Source of the DNA: Camelus ferus
Taxonomy: Eukaryota
Direction of reading: 5' to 3'
Length of the DNA: 64,000 nt
Assembly: GCF_009834535.1 (NCBI RefSeq)
Contig: NC_045698.1
Location: 3,908,001 to 3,972,000, forward strand
The position numbers and the translations under genes were made by a program. Below are positions 46,501 to 58,405 of this stretch, one piece after another. Below the pieces are notes generated by a model. That model worked only from the letters and a program-made list of their open reading frames with translations. It was not told where the DNA came from and did no database searches. Position 1 is the first letter of the stretch; each line of letters begins with the position of its first letter.

Positions 46501-48779
46501 TTTCCTACCAATCGATTTAGAGAGAACAAGGGATGGAGGAAAAGCCTTCAGAAGCCCACGTACTTCCTCAGGACTAATGAAAAGATCTTTCATTGGTGTG
46601 TATGTACACTTTTTTTTTCTTTTTCTTTCAGTGAATAAAGCTTCTTGAGGGCAGCTTTGTGAGTAAGAAGCCAGTGCTTCACCAGTGACACATCACACGG
46701 TAAAATCTCAGCTGGACTTGGGCGCGTCGCCAGGCCCTTTGGATACTTAGCTGGGAGGGGACCCCAGGGCTCCCCGGGGCTGTTTAATTTGCTGCCTCGC
46801 GACCCGCACACACAGGCAGACCCTCGCTATGTGCCTCCCTTGGCTCTTCCTGTCTGGGAGGACGCACGTGGGGAACAGGGCCGGTGTGGCCTGTGGGACT
46901 CCTGCCGTCGGCCGGGATAAGCCACGCTGCCTCCCGGTCCTGGTGCTTCTCCTGCTCCCGGTGTGAGAGCTCCCACCCGGGACGCCTCACTCGGCTTGTC
47001 CTGCAGAGGTCACTCTTTCAGCCCCCCTGGGGACACTGTCCCACACGTAAAACACCTGCAGCAGGGGTGGGCCTCGGGGAAGCCAGTGGCCGGTCCCAGG
47101 AGAGCTGCGGCCCCGGGGGCCTCTGCCCATGTGACAGAGGACAAGGACTTGAACGTGGGAGTGACGCAGCAGAAGGTGAGGGGACAGCCTGGGGGGGGGT
47201 CCCCCAGCAAGAAGACCGCCCCGAGCAGGCTGCGGATGTGGTTCCTCCTGCAGTGAGGATGTCTCAGCCGCATGGCTGTGTCTTTCCAGAGCTCAAGGAG
47301 CAGCACTTTCTGAAATCCCACGTCTGCTCGGGAGAGAGATACAGCAAACGTAGCTACGGAAACACAGCCAACAGGCTGCAGGCTTTGAAGCCTATATGCT
47401 GAGTTGTCACAGACGCACCTGGGCTTCACGGGTCTGACTCACAAGTGCAGAGAGGTTTTCTGCCAAATGGAATTCACACAGCTCCACAGAGAAAGGACAG
47501 AAACCTGGAGAGAGAAGGACAGCCCCTGAAGGCACCTGGAAGAGGGGGCACAGGTGGGTGGCGGCCCTTCTGCTGAGCCACCTGCAGTCTGACCGATGCC
47601 TCTGCACCCGGCAGCCCCGGCTTCACGCGGCACAGGGGTTGTGGGCTCTGCGGACCCATTCAAATGCTCTTTCTCTGCCAGAAACTCACAGGGAGAGCTC
47701 TGAACCACCGTGCTTTCCCCCGTGGGTTCCGTGTGGCTTCAGGAACCCCTGAGCAGCAGGGCGGGGTGAACCGTGAACTCCCGTTCACGTGGACGAGACC
47801 TCACTGGCGTCACCCTCTCCGGCCTGGCTCCAGGGGCGGGTGTGGGCAGAATCCCGTCTCTGGTTGGCTTGAGGACCATGAGGCGACGGGAAATACATGA
47901 ATTCTCTGTTCTCCTTTCCTGAAATCATGGTATCTTTATTTTCTTGGCTCACTTTAGAATGTGAGTTATGTTTTTCATTTTTCAGTTTCTTAGATAATAT
48001 TGAGTTTATATTTAATCATTTACTATAGAGTTTTGTCATGTTCTGACATTGAAATCAGGGTTATTTTATGCAGCTACAAGTGGTTAGCAGGCAGCCACTG
48101 TGTCAGGGTTGTGGGGAGTATCGGCGGAGGCTGCTCATGTTGGCCGAGAGGTGTGTCTGCACATACGTGCTTTGTATGTGCGTGTGTGTGTGAGTGCATC
48201 TGCACTGTGTTCTGGAACACAGCATGCATGACCATGGGTGACAGTTATTGTAGGCTCTGTCAACCTCACCAATGAGACCAGAGGCTTGTTAGAGAAGGCA
48301 TACCATTTTCATCTTTGCCTTGCTCCCGACCTCCGTAGCTCCCAACGCATCCTCAGGCAAATTAAATTAGCCATGAGGTCCTGGGAATGTCCCTTTTGCC
48401 TACTACCTTCTTCCCCCACAATCAGCATCCTTGCTTCTGCACAACAGAGCATCCTTCTGGTCCACCTGTCAGATCCTCCCTAGGTCCTTCCTACGTGCTC
48501 CTCTGTCTGTTTCCCAGATGACACTTCTCATTCCTCATCCGTGCGACCTGCCTGAGGGGCCAAGTCCACACCCTCAAGACCCTGCTCTCCTGCAAGATGC
48601 CAACTTGGTCCTACAACAGATTTGATTTCAATCCAGCAGGGAGTCTCTGAAGAAGCCTTGTCTCTCACTCATTGCAACCTCCACTTGCTTAACCAATCTT
48701 TGTAGAGAATTTTTATAGAGACTTCTTTGTAGAGACATGAGCAGGACATTGTTTTCTTTTTGTTTATGTCCCAGAAGTT

Positions 48780-48880
48780 TCAAAGCTGTAAGGAATCTGC
48801 AACCACCTGATCTAACTCCCTCATTCTGTAGAGGAAGCTGATTCTTTCCAGCATCTGTTCCAAGTCCCAGGCCAGGGAGA
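48780..48880 (-). mobile_element. MIR fragment
   Basis: 'atctaactccctcattctgtagaggaagctga...ccaagtccca'. Confidence 0.5.
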
Positions 48881-49151
48881 GAGTGGGGTCTTCCCGCATC
48901 CCTCCTTCTACTAGCTCCTGCTCACAGGTGGTTTCTCTCATTCTAGACAGACACGGGGGTCCTGTAACGGTGCCTTGGAGGGGGGGACTTAGATGGCCTG
49001 GTAATAGAAAACAGCAACATGACAAGCTCAGAGACAGAGTCTCCAGACCCATTAGGCACTTTCGCCAGTGATGACTGCAATTAATGACCCTGAGTCGACA
49101 AAGAGGGAAACCCAAGTTTGTGAAAATTTGACCTATAAAATCCACATAAGA

Positions 49152-49678
49152 TAACGTTTTCTCGGCTCATACGTATTGTAGCATTTGTTAGGGCTCCATT
49201 CCTATGGCTGAATGATACTCCACTGTGTGTTTTTTAATGTTCATTTTGTTTATCCATTCATCCGTTGACTCCAGGTTTGTTTCCACCTTCTTGGCTATTG
49301 TGAATAGTGCTGTTACGAACATTGGTGTACACTGTTTGAACACCTGTTTTCAATTCTTTTGGGTGTATACTTAGGAGTGGAATTGACTATGCTAAGTGAA
49401 AGAAACCAGACACAAAAAGCCACATACTGCGTGATTCCGTTTATATGAAATAACCAGATTAGGCAAATCTGTATATACATAAAACAAGCTTGTGAAACCA
49501 GGGGCTGGGTTGGGGGAAATGGCAGTGACTGATTAATGAGATTTCTGTTTGGAATGATACAAAAAAGTTCTGGAATCTTCATAGGGGTGATGATTGCACA
49601 ACATTAGGAATGTACTCAAGGCCACCAAATTGTACAGTTTAAAATGATAAAATTTATGTTATGTGTATTTTACCGTTG
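49152..49678 (+). mobile_element. L1MB-like insertion with 5' inversion (antisense 49152-49385, sense 49386-49678) and 15-bp TSD
   Basis: Antisense block 'ttggctattgtgaatagtgctg...ggagtggaattg' abuts sense 'tatgctaagtgaaagaaaccagacacaaaa...tttatgttatgtgtattttacc'. TSD aaaatccacataaga at 49137-49151 and aaaatctacttaaga at 49679-49693. Confidence 0.92.
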
Positions 49679-51084
49679 AAAATCTACTTAAGAAAATAGA
49701 GTTTTGTTTCTTTTAAATGCACAGAGTAAGTTGATTGAGAATTGACACAACTTTGTGAGGTATAGATTTTGCAGATTAAATGTAAATGAATAGATGAAAC
49801 AGTTGTACATTGAAAACCAATTTCTTTTGCTCAGTATGGGATACTGGTTAACCACAGAAGCCTTACCCTTGTCATACAGCTTAACCTTGCTCTTATTCTC
49901 AGAAACATATGCAACAGAGAGCAGGTTTCAGCTCAGCTCTGGTCAAACTGCAGCGAGTCCTCAGTCAGTGTGATGAACAAGCAAGGGTTTATTGCATAGT
50001 TAATTTATACTCAACATTACATCACATTTTCTCGTCTTTGATGTTCGGAAGATCAGGCAAGAATAGAGATGAGCCTGTGAATAATCAAGAAACAGATCAA
50101 TTCTGAAAGCACTGCCCTGCTTTTGTCATTCCTTTTGCTGAGAAGAGGAAAATTATGTTCTGTCTCTCCCTTTGTCAGATGTATATAAGCCTGAAAACAG
50201 ATGCCATTCCATTGGTATCATCAAGCTATTAGTGGTGATATAAAAACTAATGCTCTCCACAGGGGAGAAGCGTTTGGACCACTTTGCAGCTGTGTGCACA
50301 GCATATAAACATTTCAGTAATGAAAATGGAATTCAGAGCCAGCAGTCAACATTCGATGTGAAAATAAAGCCATACATTTTAGTAAAACTCACTTGCGAAA
50401 TGTGCTTCTCATCTATGAGCCATATATATGCAAAGACACGGTTATATCTCACGTTTCTGGCACCATCAAACCGAGGTTGACCTGGCGAACCCCTTCTTGG
50501 TCTATAAATATGTCAAAGCATCAAAATTACTTTGCTGATACTTGATTTTATGGTGCCTAGAACCCAGAGTGACTATTTTCAAAAAATACAATTAAAGTTC
50601 TTTCAAAGCAGATGGAAAACTTGCTGAAAGATCTCTTTGTTATAGCACTGAACCAGACTTTAAAGATGTCCCGTCTTTCTATCAGAGCCCAGGAAAGTAG
50701 AACACAGACAGCAGCCTTCACTGCCTGCAGATCACCCCCAAACTCTGCTGCTTCCTAATGGGCATTGCACTTGCTTTTAGAACATCCTCTGTGGAGTGAA
50801 ATGCAGCATGAAGAAGCATTGAAGGGATGTGCTGAGTACAAAAGAGGCAGATTTCAAGGACACAGCTCCTGGTGTGTTGCTCGGGATGGCTTACCTTTCC
50901 CTGGAAGCGGCTTCCCCTGTGGAGCACCCCCCGCCCCAAATTGCTCTTTACTCTTTAGGACCTCGTCCAGAATTCCTTCCCCGCCCCGAGTTAGATTCAC
51001 TTCTTCCTTTTACAGCTTCTGCACAGCAGGTGTTTGCCCATGACTGCAGCGCGGGGCCGCGCCCCCCGCAAGCAGGTGCACTTG

Positions 51085-51170
51085 TGCTCTCACCTTTGCA
51101 CCCCTGGTTCCAAAGCCTGGCAGACAGCTCGCCGATCAAATATGTGAGTGAGTATGTGAATAGATGGGCA
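51085..51170 (+). mobile_element. L2 3' terminus fragment
   Basis: 'gcctggcagacagc...tcaaatatgtgagtgagtatgtgaat' resembles the L2 tail with (TGAA)-like repeats. Confidence 0.5.
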
Positions 51171-51629
51171 ACTGTTCTCTGATTATGCGACACATTGAGA
51201 TCTGATATGGCTCAGGGGAGTTGTTTTTATGTTTTGTGACTGCTTTACACTGTCACTTGTGCTGTCCCTTCTGAGGGCACAGACCTTCCTCCTCCAGGAT
51301 GAGTGTCATGTCCCAGCAGAGAGCTGTGGGGATGTCCCCCGGCTCCCTACCAGGGACCACACCCAGTATCTTTACATACAAATACTCCCATATTTACACA
51401 TACAGACATACATCTTAATACATACAAAGTGGTATTGTGGTCAGCAGTGTCTGTGTTTGTGTGTGTTGGCTCCAGAATTCACGTACACAAGTGAGTGTTT
51501 CTCACTTGAACTGGCGGTAGCACCAGAGAAATGTGTGGTGGAAGTGTCAGCATAATATTTCACCTAAAAACTGTACAGATGCTGTCACTAATGAGGGGCA
51601 TTAATGATGAAAGACTAATAACCAGAGAT

Positions 51630-51760
51630 AGTCCAGGATCTTCACCGCCTGTGCTATGAAGAATACAGCATTTAAGCTTTTTCTGCCTTAATTTTCTCAA
51701 ATGGAAAGTAGAGATGATTAAATTCCCTCCCCTGTGGTGGCATGCAAGGCTTAAATAGCT
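51630..51760 (+). mobile_element. MIR core fragment
   Basis: 'atttaagctttttctgccttaattttctcaaatggaaagtagagatgat'. Confidence 0.55.
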
Positions 51761-52201
51761 CATACAGGTCACCCCTGAGAACAGTGGTTCCACAGAGTAA
51801 GGGGCTTGTCAATGTCTGCGTTGTGACCGATATCTTTGCCACTCTTCCCTCCACAATGACAAACCTCAGATCTCTATGCAGCTAGTGGATTTACTACTCT
51901 GTATAAGCATGATCTGATGGGAAAAAAAATAAAGAGAAATTAACAAGTCTATAGCCATTTCAGGAGTTTTTTTTTTAAATCACACTTCCCAGAAATTAAC
52001 AGACCCAGTAAACATGCAAGCATAGACGAGTTCTCTTCATACACTCAGAGAAAATCAATGTCCAAAGATGAAACTCATACCTGTCGTATCTGATGACAAT
52101 GCATAAATTATAAAACAGAAGCAAATGGGAGACCAAAATATACATTTGTTAGGAAGTTAATAACTTTCCAGTAACCCTTTGTCAAAGCCAGATTTCAATT
52201 T

Positions 52202-52265
52202 TTTGAGTTTAATTTTTTAATTAATTTATTTTTATTGAAGTCTAGTTGATTTACAATGCTATGTT
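52202..52265 (-). mobile_element. Minimal (~64 bp) L1 3' end with 13-bp TSD
   Basis: T-rich tail plus 'ttattgaagtctagttgatttacaatgctatgtt'. TSD cagatttcaattt at 52189-52201 and cagattttaattt at 52266-52278. Confidence 0.85.
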
Positions 52266-55159
52266 CAGATTTTAATTTAAAATATTAAAAATAGTAATGA
52301 GTGATGAGGTCACTTCACCTTTCTGTACTTTCTAATTAAGTAAAAAGATACTTTATAAAGGAAGTTATTTAAATGTACACATAAAGAAGTTTTATATACA
52401 ATGAGCAATATAAGCCAGCATTTTGGAAATTCGTCCAGAATACTGAATATTTATAAAAGAGCCCATAACTTTTTTAAATCTGAAGTTTGAGTAAACTTGT
52501 TTAGAACTTTGGCTTCATTCAGCAAGAACTTGATGGTCTTGACTCAGAAGTAAACAAGGATCCTATGGAATCTTTTTCTTTGAATTTCTCGAAGCCATAT
52601 CTTAGTCTCTGAGTGTCTGACGGACCACCCTCCACAAAGCAGACTCCCCAGGATGCTGCTGCAGAGCTGGCTCCTCCCAGCTGAACTGTGGCGCTGACAG
52701 ACACAGAAGACGGCCAACGCCAAGGAGTCGGAGGGACGGAAGGAGCTCTGGATTTTAGCCAATTTGTTTCTCCTACCTTGGTAAACACAAACACAATTAA
52801 CGGAAGTTTCAGAAAAAATGCAAGCAGTTTTGTATAATTATAAATGTCAACATTTTATCATTATTTATCATTCCAAATGTTTAAAGCATTTAAACCATAA
52901 AAATAATTCTTTAGCATTTAAAACATTTTAAAACTGTCTTAAAAATGTTTCACAATTTCGCTCTTTAAAAATGACGCATTAACAACTAAAGAAAACTCTT
53001 CTTCCTCATCTTCCTAAAAAATGTATTAAAACCTTAAATTTTCACATTACTTTTCAAGGTGTCTGTGAATGAGAACATGGGGAGACAACTTATGAAACAT
53101 AAGGTGTAGATGGAGGGTCAAAACCAGGAATCACACATGTAGGAAGTAAAGCCGAGGCCCAAGGCTGGGTGCCGTAGACGAACACAGAGTCCAGGTCACA
53201 GGTGGTGGCCTTGTGGAAATGGGAAGCAGGACACACAGAACTGGGGAGGCACCAGCTGTCTGACGCACTTTTCAGACTAGGGTGCCAGACGGAAGACCTG
53301 GAGCACAAGGCCACCACCCCCTTGACCCAGCCAGTGTGGAGGGGTAGAGCAAGCCGGGGGGCATTCCCTTGAACATGGGAGCCTTTGGAGGAAACATAGG
53401 GGTTGAAACATCTCTTTGAGGGAAGGTTGAATATTGCTGTGGTCAGCCCAGGGCGGGAAGGACAACCCAGGGCCTTCCTGAGGCATGTTTGGTCTTGGGA
53501 AACCCTGTCTCCTTATCCATCCTCACCAACCATCCCTCGGGTACCCCTTACCCACTAGAGGGAGTTTACAGGGAGTAGCAGCAGTAAATGCACAGCCCTG
53601 TTGGCACTTGTTGGAAAAAGACCCTCGTAATAAAATTACACCACAGGTAGAGGAGGAGAGGGAGAGAAGGAAAAACCAGCAGGAAAAAAGTGGAGTCATC
53701 CCAGGAGCTCTGTGGTCCCAATCGGTGCGAGGAAAGGGTTTAGCAACTTCCTGCCTGCATTCATACAGACCCTGTCCTAACCTGGAAAGAGACAACAGGA
53801 TAGCTGACCCAGAAAAAGAAATACAGCGAAACTTGCACTATAAACACACACAGACATTCATATCACAAGAAGTTAAAAGAAAACAGAAATTGTATTTTAA
53901 TACCTGACCTAAGAAAAGTGACCAAGTGACTAAGAAAAGTCACTTCTGAGTTTCCTAGTAGTTGAGGTGAAAAGGGCAAAATACTGGGTTACGCAGATTT
54001 CACCTATTTTTCTAGCTAACTGTTCAATAACTGCTTACTCAAATGTAAGCATAAGACAGCTCCTGACCATCCCTCACCCACTCCCGCAGCACAGCCTGAG
54101 GGTGACCCCATCTGTTTCCTTTTGTTTCTTCTTCCATTGTCCTCCTCCACCGCACAGACAGACAAACTGATACAGCACCGCAGAAGGGCTGGCTGAGAAG
54201 AGGAAGGACCTACACAGAAAGTGCTGTTTCCCGGTTCCATTCTGAGGGTTCATGTGATGAACGATGTCCTCCGTGTCAACTGCCTGATAAAATGAAAAGG
54301 TATCCCCGTGTCTGGTACTTGGAGACTGTCTCGTCAGGAGCCAGCAGGAAAGAGCTGTCTGGTGCAAACCAGTGTCTTTACTGCCTCCTTCCCCTGAATC
54401 ACATTACTTAATGAGGGATGTGGCTGGGTGGAGCCATGGGGTGTGCAGTGTTCCAGGGCCACCTGAACGCTGGGGCTGTCAGTTACCACCTGCAGGGATG
54501 AAGAGTTGGGGGAGACCATGGTTACTGGGAGCCAGAACAGAGTCATCCAGAAAGAGCCACCTGGAGAGGTGCTCTGTCCCTCGGTGAAAAAACGCAACCA
54601 GCACAAGTCTCTTTGCAGAAGGGATGCCAAGGGAGGCGAGACCCTGCCTTCCCTCCCTTCCCACCGCAGACCTGCTGCTGGGGCTCCTCCCTGGCTGAGC
54701 CCAACAAGACGTCTGAGAACAAGGGGCCCTCAGTAGGTACGGTCCACCTCCCGGAACAGGTCTGGAGGGAAGAGGAAGGATGTCCAGCCTCCATGCAGTA
54801 GTGAGCACGGCCAGTGTCGCAGGACAGTGTGATTCACCCTTTGAAGGTCATCCTGCTGAGACCCAGAGTAAATGGAATTCCAGTGTGTAACATGTGCTTG
54901 TGATGCATTTAATAGAGTGAGAAAACTAAATCATCTTGGGAAAATAAATTGTTAACATTTCCTCTAAATCATTCTGCAGGATACTAGCTGTCTGAATGGG
55001 GGCTTGATAGAATTTGCCTAGCCGACACGTAACAACAGAGGCTTAGAGCGAGAAATTAAAGAAGAGCGGGCATCCCACGACAGACGTCAGGGCTGCAGAC
55101 GGCCGAAGCGCCGGTTGTGAGGAATGAAGTGTTTCGCTTTGATGGAGGGCTGTTTCACT

Positions 55160-55335
55160 AGATTTCTAGATTTAGCAAGTAAAAATAAAGGATCCTCAGA
55201 TTAATTTAAATTTCAAATAAGCAATGAATTGTTTGATTATAAATATGTCTCGAATATGAGGTGGTAAAACACTAAAAAATCTGTTTATCCAAAATTCAAA
55301 TTTCTTTGGACATTATGTTTAGATCTGGCAGCCCT
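55160..55335. mobile_element. MER53-like palindromic hAT DNA element
   Basis: 'agatttagcaagtaaaaata...aatttaaatttcaaataagcaa...tgtttatccaaaattcaaattt...atctggcagccct', with internally inverted arms. Confidence 0.85.
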
Positions 55336-55554
55336 GCACTTCACTGCTGCATGCAGTCAGTTTACAAGGTCACCGTTTATAAGGCCAGAAATTTTTTTTC
55401 TCAGAAGACAGGTTCAAATGTATTCAAACATTGAAATGTGGAGTGGATTCACGGCTCCAAGTTCCACAACGTGGCATGGGATCATTTCGAGGTTGGGTTT
55501 AACAAACTGTCACCTCTACTATAGCAGAATTTTAACACGGGGACTGTTCACTAG

Positions 55555-56450
55555 TTTATTCATGCATTCATTCGGTAAATATTAATTAATGTCTCTTCAG
55601 TGCTAGGAATTATTCTAGATGTGGAGGACACAGCAGTAAACACGAGAGACAGCACGTCCGTCTTCATCTGCCCTTGTGGTGCTTAGGGTCTGGTGGGAAA
55701 AGCAGGTAGCGAGGAAGCAACGTGACCTTAGGCAGTGACCGCACACCACGATGAAAAGCAAAGCGAGGACACGGGTGGCAGATACTGGGGCTACTTCAGG
55801 CGGGCTCTCTCGGGCAGCTTCCCTGCAGAATGGCCGGAGGACAGACATCCACACGAGCAGAGGGCCATGCGGGGACCTGGCAGGAGAGCACTCCAAGAGA
55901 GCGAGCACCCCAGAGAAGCCCTGAGGTGCAGGGCGGGATGGAGAGGGCCTTCAGGAGGAGTTAGAAGCCAGAGTGGCTGGGGAGGGGGGAGGGTGAGGGG
56001 GAAGCCAGGGAGTCAGGGGGAGCCCAGATCTCTTAGACTTTTAGGCTCTGGTTAAGGGGGAAGAAAAAGCCAGTGCATGGTTTGGAACTTAAGAACCATA
56101 TGTTCTGATTTTTATCTAATTTTATTTCACAGCTTGATTCAGGATGCTGTGTGGCGAACAGGATGGAGGAGCAGAACAGGAGAGCAGCTAAGGACTGTGG
56201 AGCCCAGGCAGGGTTCACGGTGGCTGGAACTAGGGGCGGCCTAGGTGGTGGGAGGTGGGGCCAGCAGGACGGGAAGGTGGGTGAGACATGGACACTGAGG
56301 GAGAGGAGAAATGGTGAACTCGAAACGTTTGGGTTGAGCAGCTGGATAAAGGGTGATTCTGTTTACTGAGATGAGGCAGTTTGGGACGCACTGGATTTTA
56401 GGGATGGAGAAATCTAGAGTTCCACACTGAAAATATTGAGTTTGAGATGT
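55555..56450 (-). mobile_element. L2 3' portion
   Basis: Begins with antisense L2 tail 'ttcatgcattcattcggtaaatatt...gtgctagg...ggacacagcagtaaac' and continues purine-rich to 'ttgagtttgagatgt'. Confidence 0.8.
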
Positions 56451-56679
56451 AACAGTGTGGAAGGGGGAAGCAGATCTTCCCTTCATGTACTATGGTCACC
56501 AAATTCAGTTTCCTCAGATTGTGTCTTAAAACTTTCCGCTTCCAATCTTCTGCTTTCACCCCACCCATCCTTCACTCAGCCTGTTGGTGGAAGCTCCTGT
56601 GTCTTCTGTATCATTTTTTTTTTAATTTTCTTTGTTCAACATATTCTCCAAACACCAGGCAATTAGTTCACTTTACTTG

Positions 56680-56960
56680 CCTTAAAACTTTAGAATAAAA
56701 TACCCCCTGTAGGAATCTGGGTGACGTGATCTTCACTTGCCTTCATCTCCCCCATCCTCATCTGCTCACATCACGTTGGTCTGTCCCCAGCCCCAGGTTC
56801 CTCCTGAGCTCCCTCGCGACCCAGGGCATGTCGTCGCCTCTCCCTGAAGAACCCACACATCTCTCCCCTGTCTTTTAAATTGCTATTTCCTTATTGTTCC
56901 TCAAGTCCCAGTTTAAATGTAATTTACTCAAAAAAGTCTTCCCAGTCCCTTTCCCTCCGA
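56680..56960 (+). mobile_element. L2 fragment
   Basis: 'ttagaataaaat' and 'tcctcaagtcccagtttaaatgtaatttactcaaaaaagtcttccc'. Confidence 0.5.
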
Positions 56961-57487
56961 AGTATGTTCCTCCTTTAACTCAGGCTCTCATTTACTTCTT
57001 ATCAATGATCATGATTTGCTCTAAGGCTGCCTTTTCCCTCCAGTTCATGGCTGGGGGGCGGGTCTCACCTGTTAGGTTTGTCGATGGGGTCAGCTATGTT
57101 GCAGGGCAAGCGAAATCTGCAAGATAAAGGGGTTCCTCATAGGGAAGGCCATCAGAGAAGGAGGCGTAGTCGTTCTCATTGCTGTTTGTCTGAATTTACA
57201 GCAAGGCATTCGGAAAGCAGAACGTAGCATTTGGCCAAAGACAAAGAGGCAAGTACAAAGATAATATTCCGTATCCACTGAGTCCTTTGTGCCTCGTGTG
57301 TAGTCAAGTGTGTTCATCAAACCAGATAAAAGATTTGATCAGAAATAAACTTAGATCATTCTGAAAAAGATTTTAAGGGCTGTTAAAACATAATTATAAC
57401 ACATCCTAGAAGGATTGTTCAAACATAGGTGTGAAGTCAGAAAATTATAAAATGACAATTCTTTCAGGTATTTATCATCATGGAGTT

Positions 57488-57592
57488 ATACACACACGCA
57501 CGCAGACAAGTATACACGTACATGAATATATATGTATGCACCCACACACACATATATTGACACTCATGACATATACACATGCACACACACAT
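57488..57592. repeat. Degenerate (CA/TA)n tract
   Basis: Interrupted alternating purine-pyrimidine run, directly visible. Confidence 0.7.
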
Positions 57593-57714
57593 AATGCCAT
57601 TGTATTGCCACACTGCAAGTTTCTTTATGGAATGATCATTTTTCTAAATGACCTATGGTCTGTTTAGAAAAAATATCTATTCCACTTATAATCCTACTTT
57701 TTCTCGGAACCCAT

Positions 57715-58405
57715 AATAACTACCTATTTTGTGCAGGTACTCCTGCCTGCACTAGGGATGTATCATTCAAAACGACAACAAATGACAACCATGTCAGATG
57801 TTGATAGCTGCCAGGGAGCCGAACAGGTTAAGTTTCCAGGGAGAGCCGCTCTTTCGTGTGGTGGTCAGCAAATGCCTCAGGGAGACAGAAACTTTTTAAC
57901 AGAGTGTTGCCTCCCTCCCTTCCCCCCCCCCATACACACACACACATATCTGTGGAGGGAGCACACAAAGTGCAAAGAATGGCCCGTGCAAGAGCCCTGG
58001 GGCAGGGAGTGTACTTGGCAGAAAAGACAAGGACCCTCTGTGCCCGCAGGCAGTGGTGAGGGTACTGAGGGCCCTGCAGGGGCCAGGTCACATGGGGACC
58101 TTTGTGGCCAACCTAAAGACTTTGGTTTTCCCCACCCCAGAGTGAGATGAGGAGCATCTGAGGGCATCTGGGAGGGTGATGTGATCTGATCTTCATTTTG
58201 AGGGGATAACTCTGACTCTGAGTTGGGAACCAGTGGTCACAGTGTAGAAGCAGAAAGGCAGGCAGGGCCAGAGGAGTGACCCATTAGGGGATGATGGAGA
58301 TGTGGGCAGAGGACAGCAATGAGGGTGGTGACCACTGGTCAGAATCCAGATGTGCTTTGACCCCAGAGATAGGCTGGATATGGGGGTGAGAGGAAGAGAG
58401 GAGAC
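57715..58405 (-). mobile_element. L2 3' portion
   Basis: 'gtgcaagagccctggggcaggga', 'ggggccaggtcacatggggaccttt..ggcca..ctaaagactttgg' and 'gtgatgtgatctgatcttcattttga'. Confidence 0.8.
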
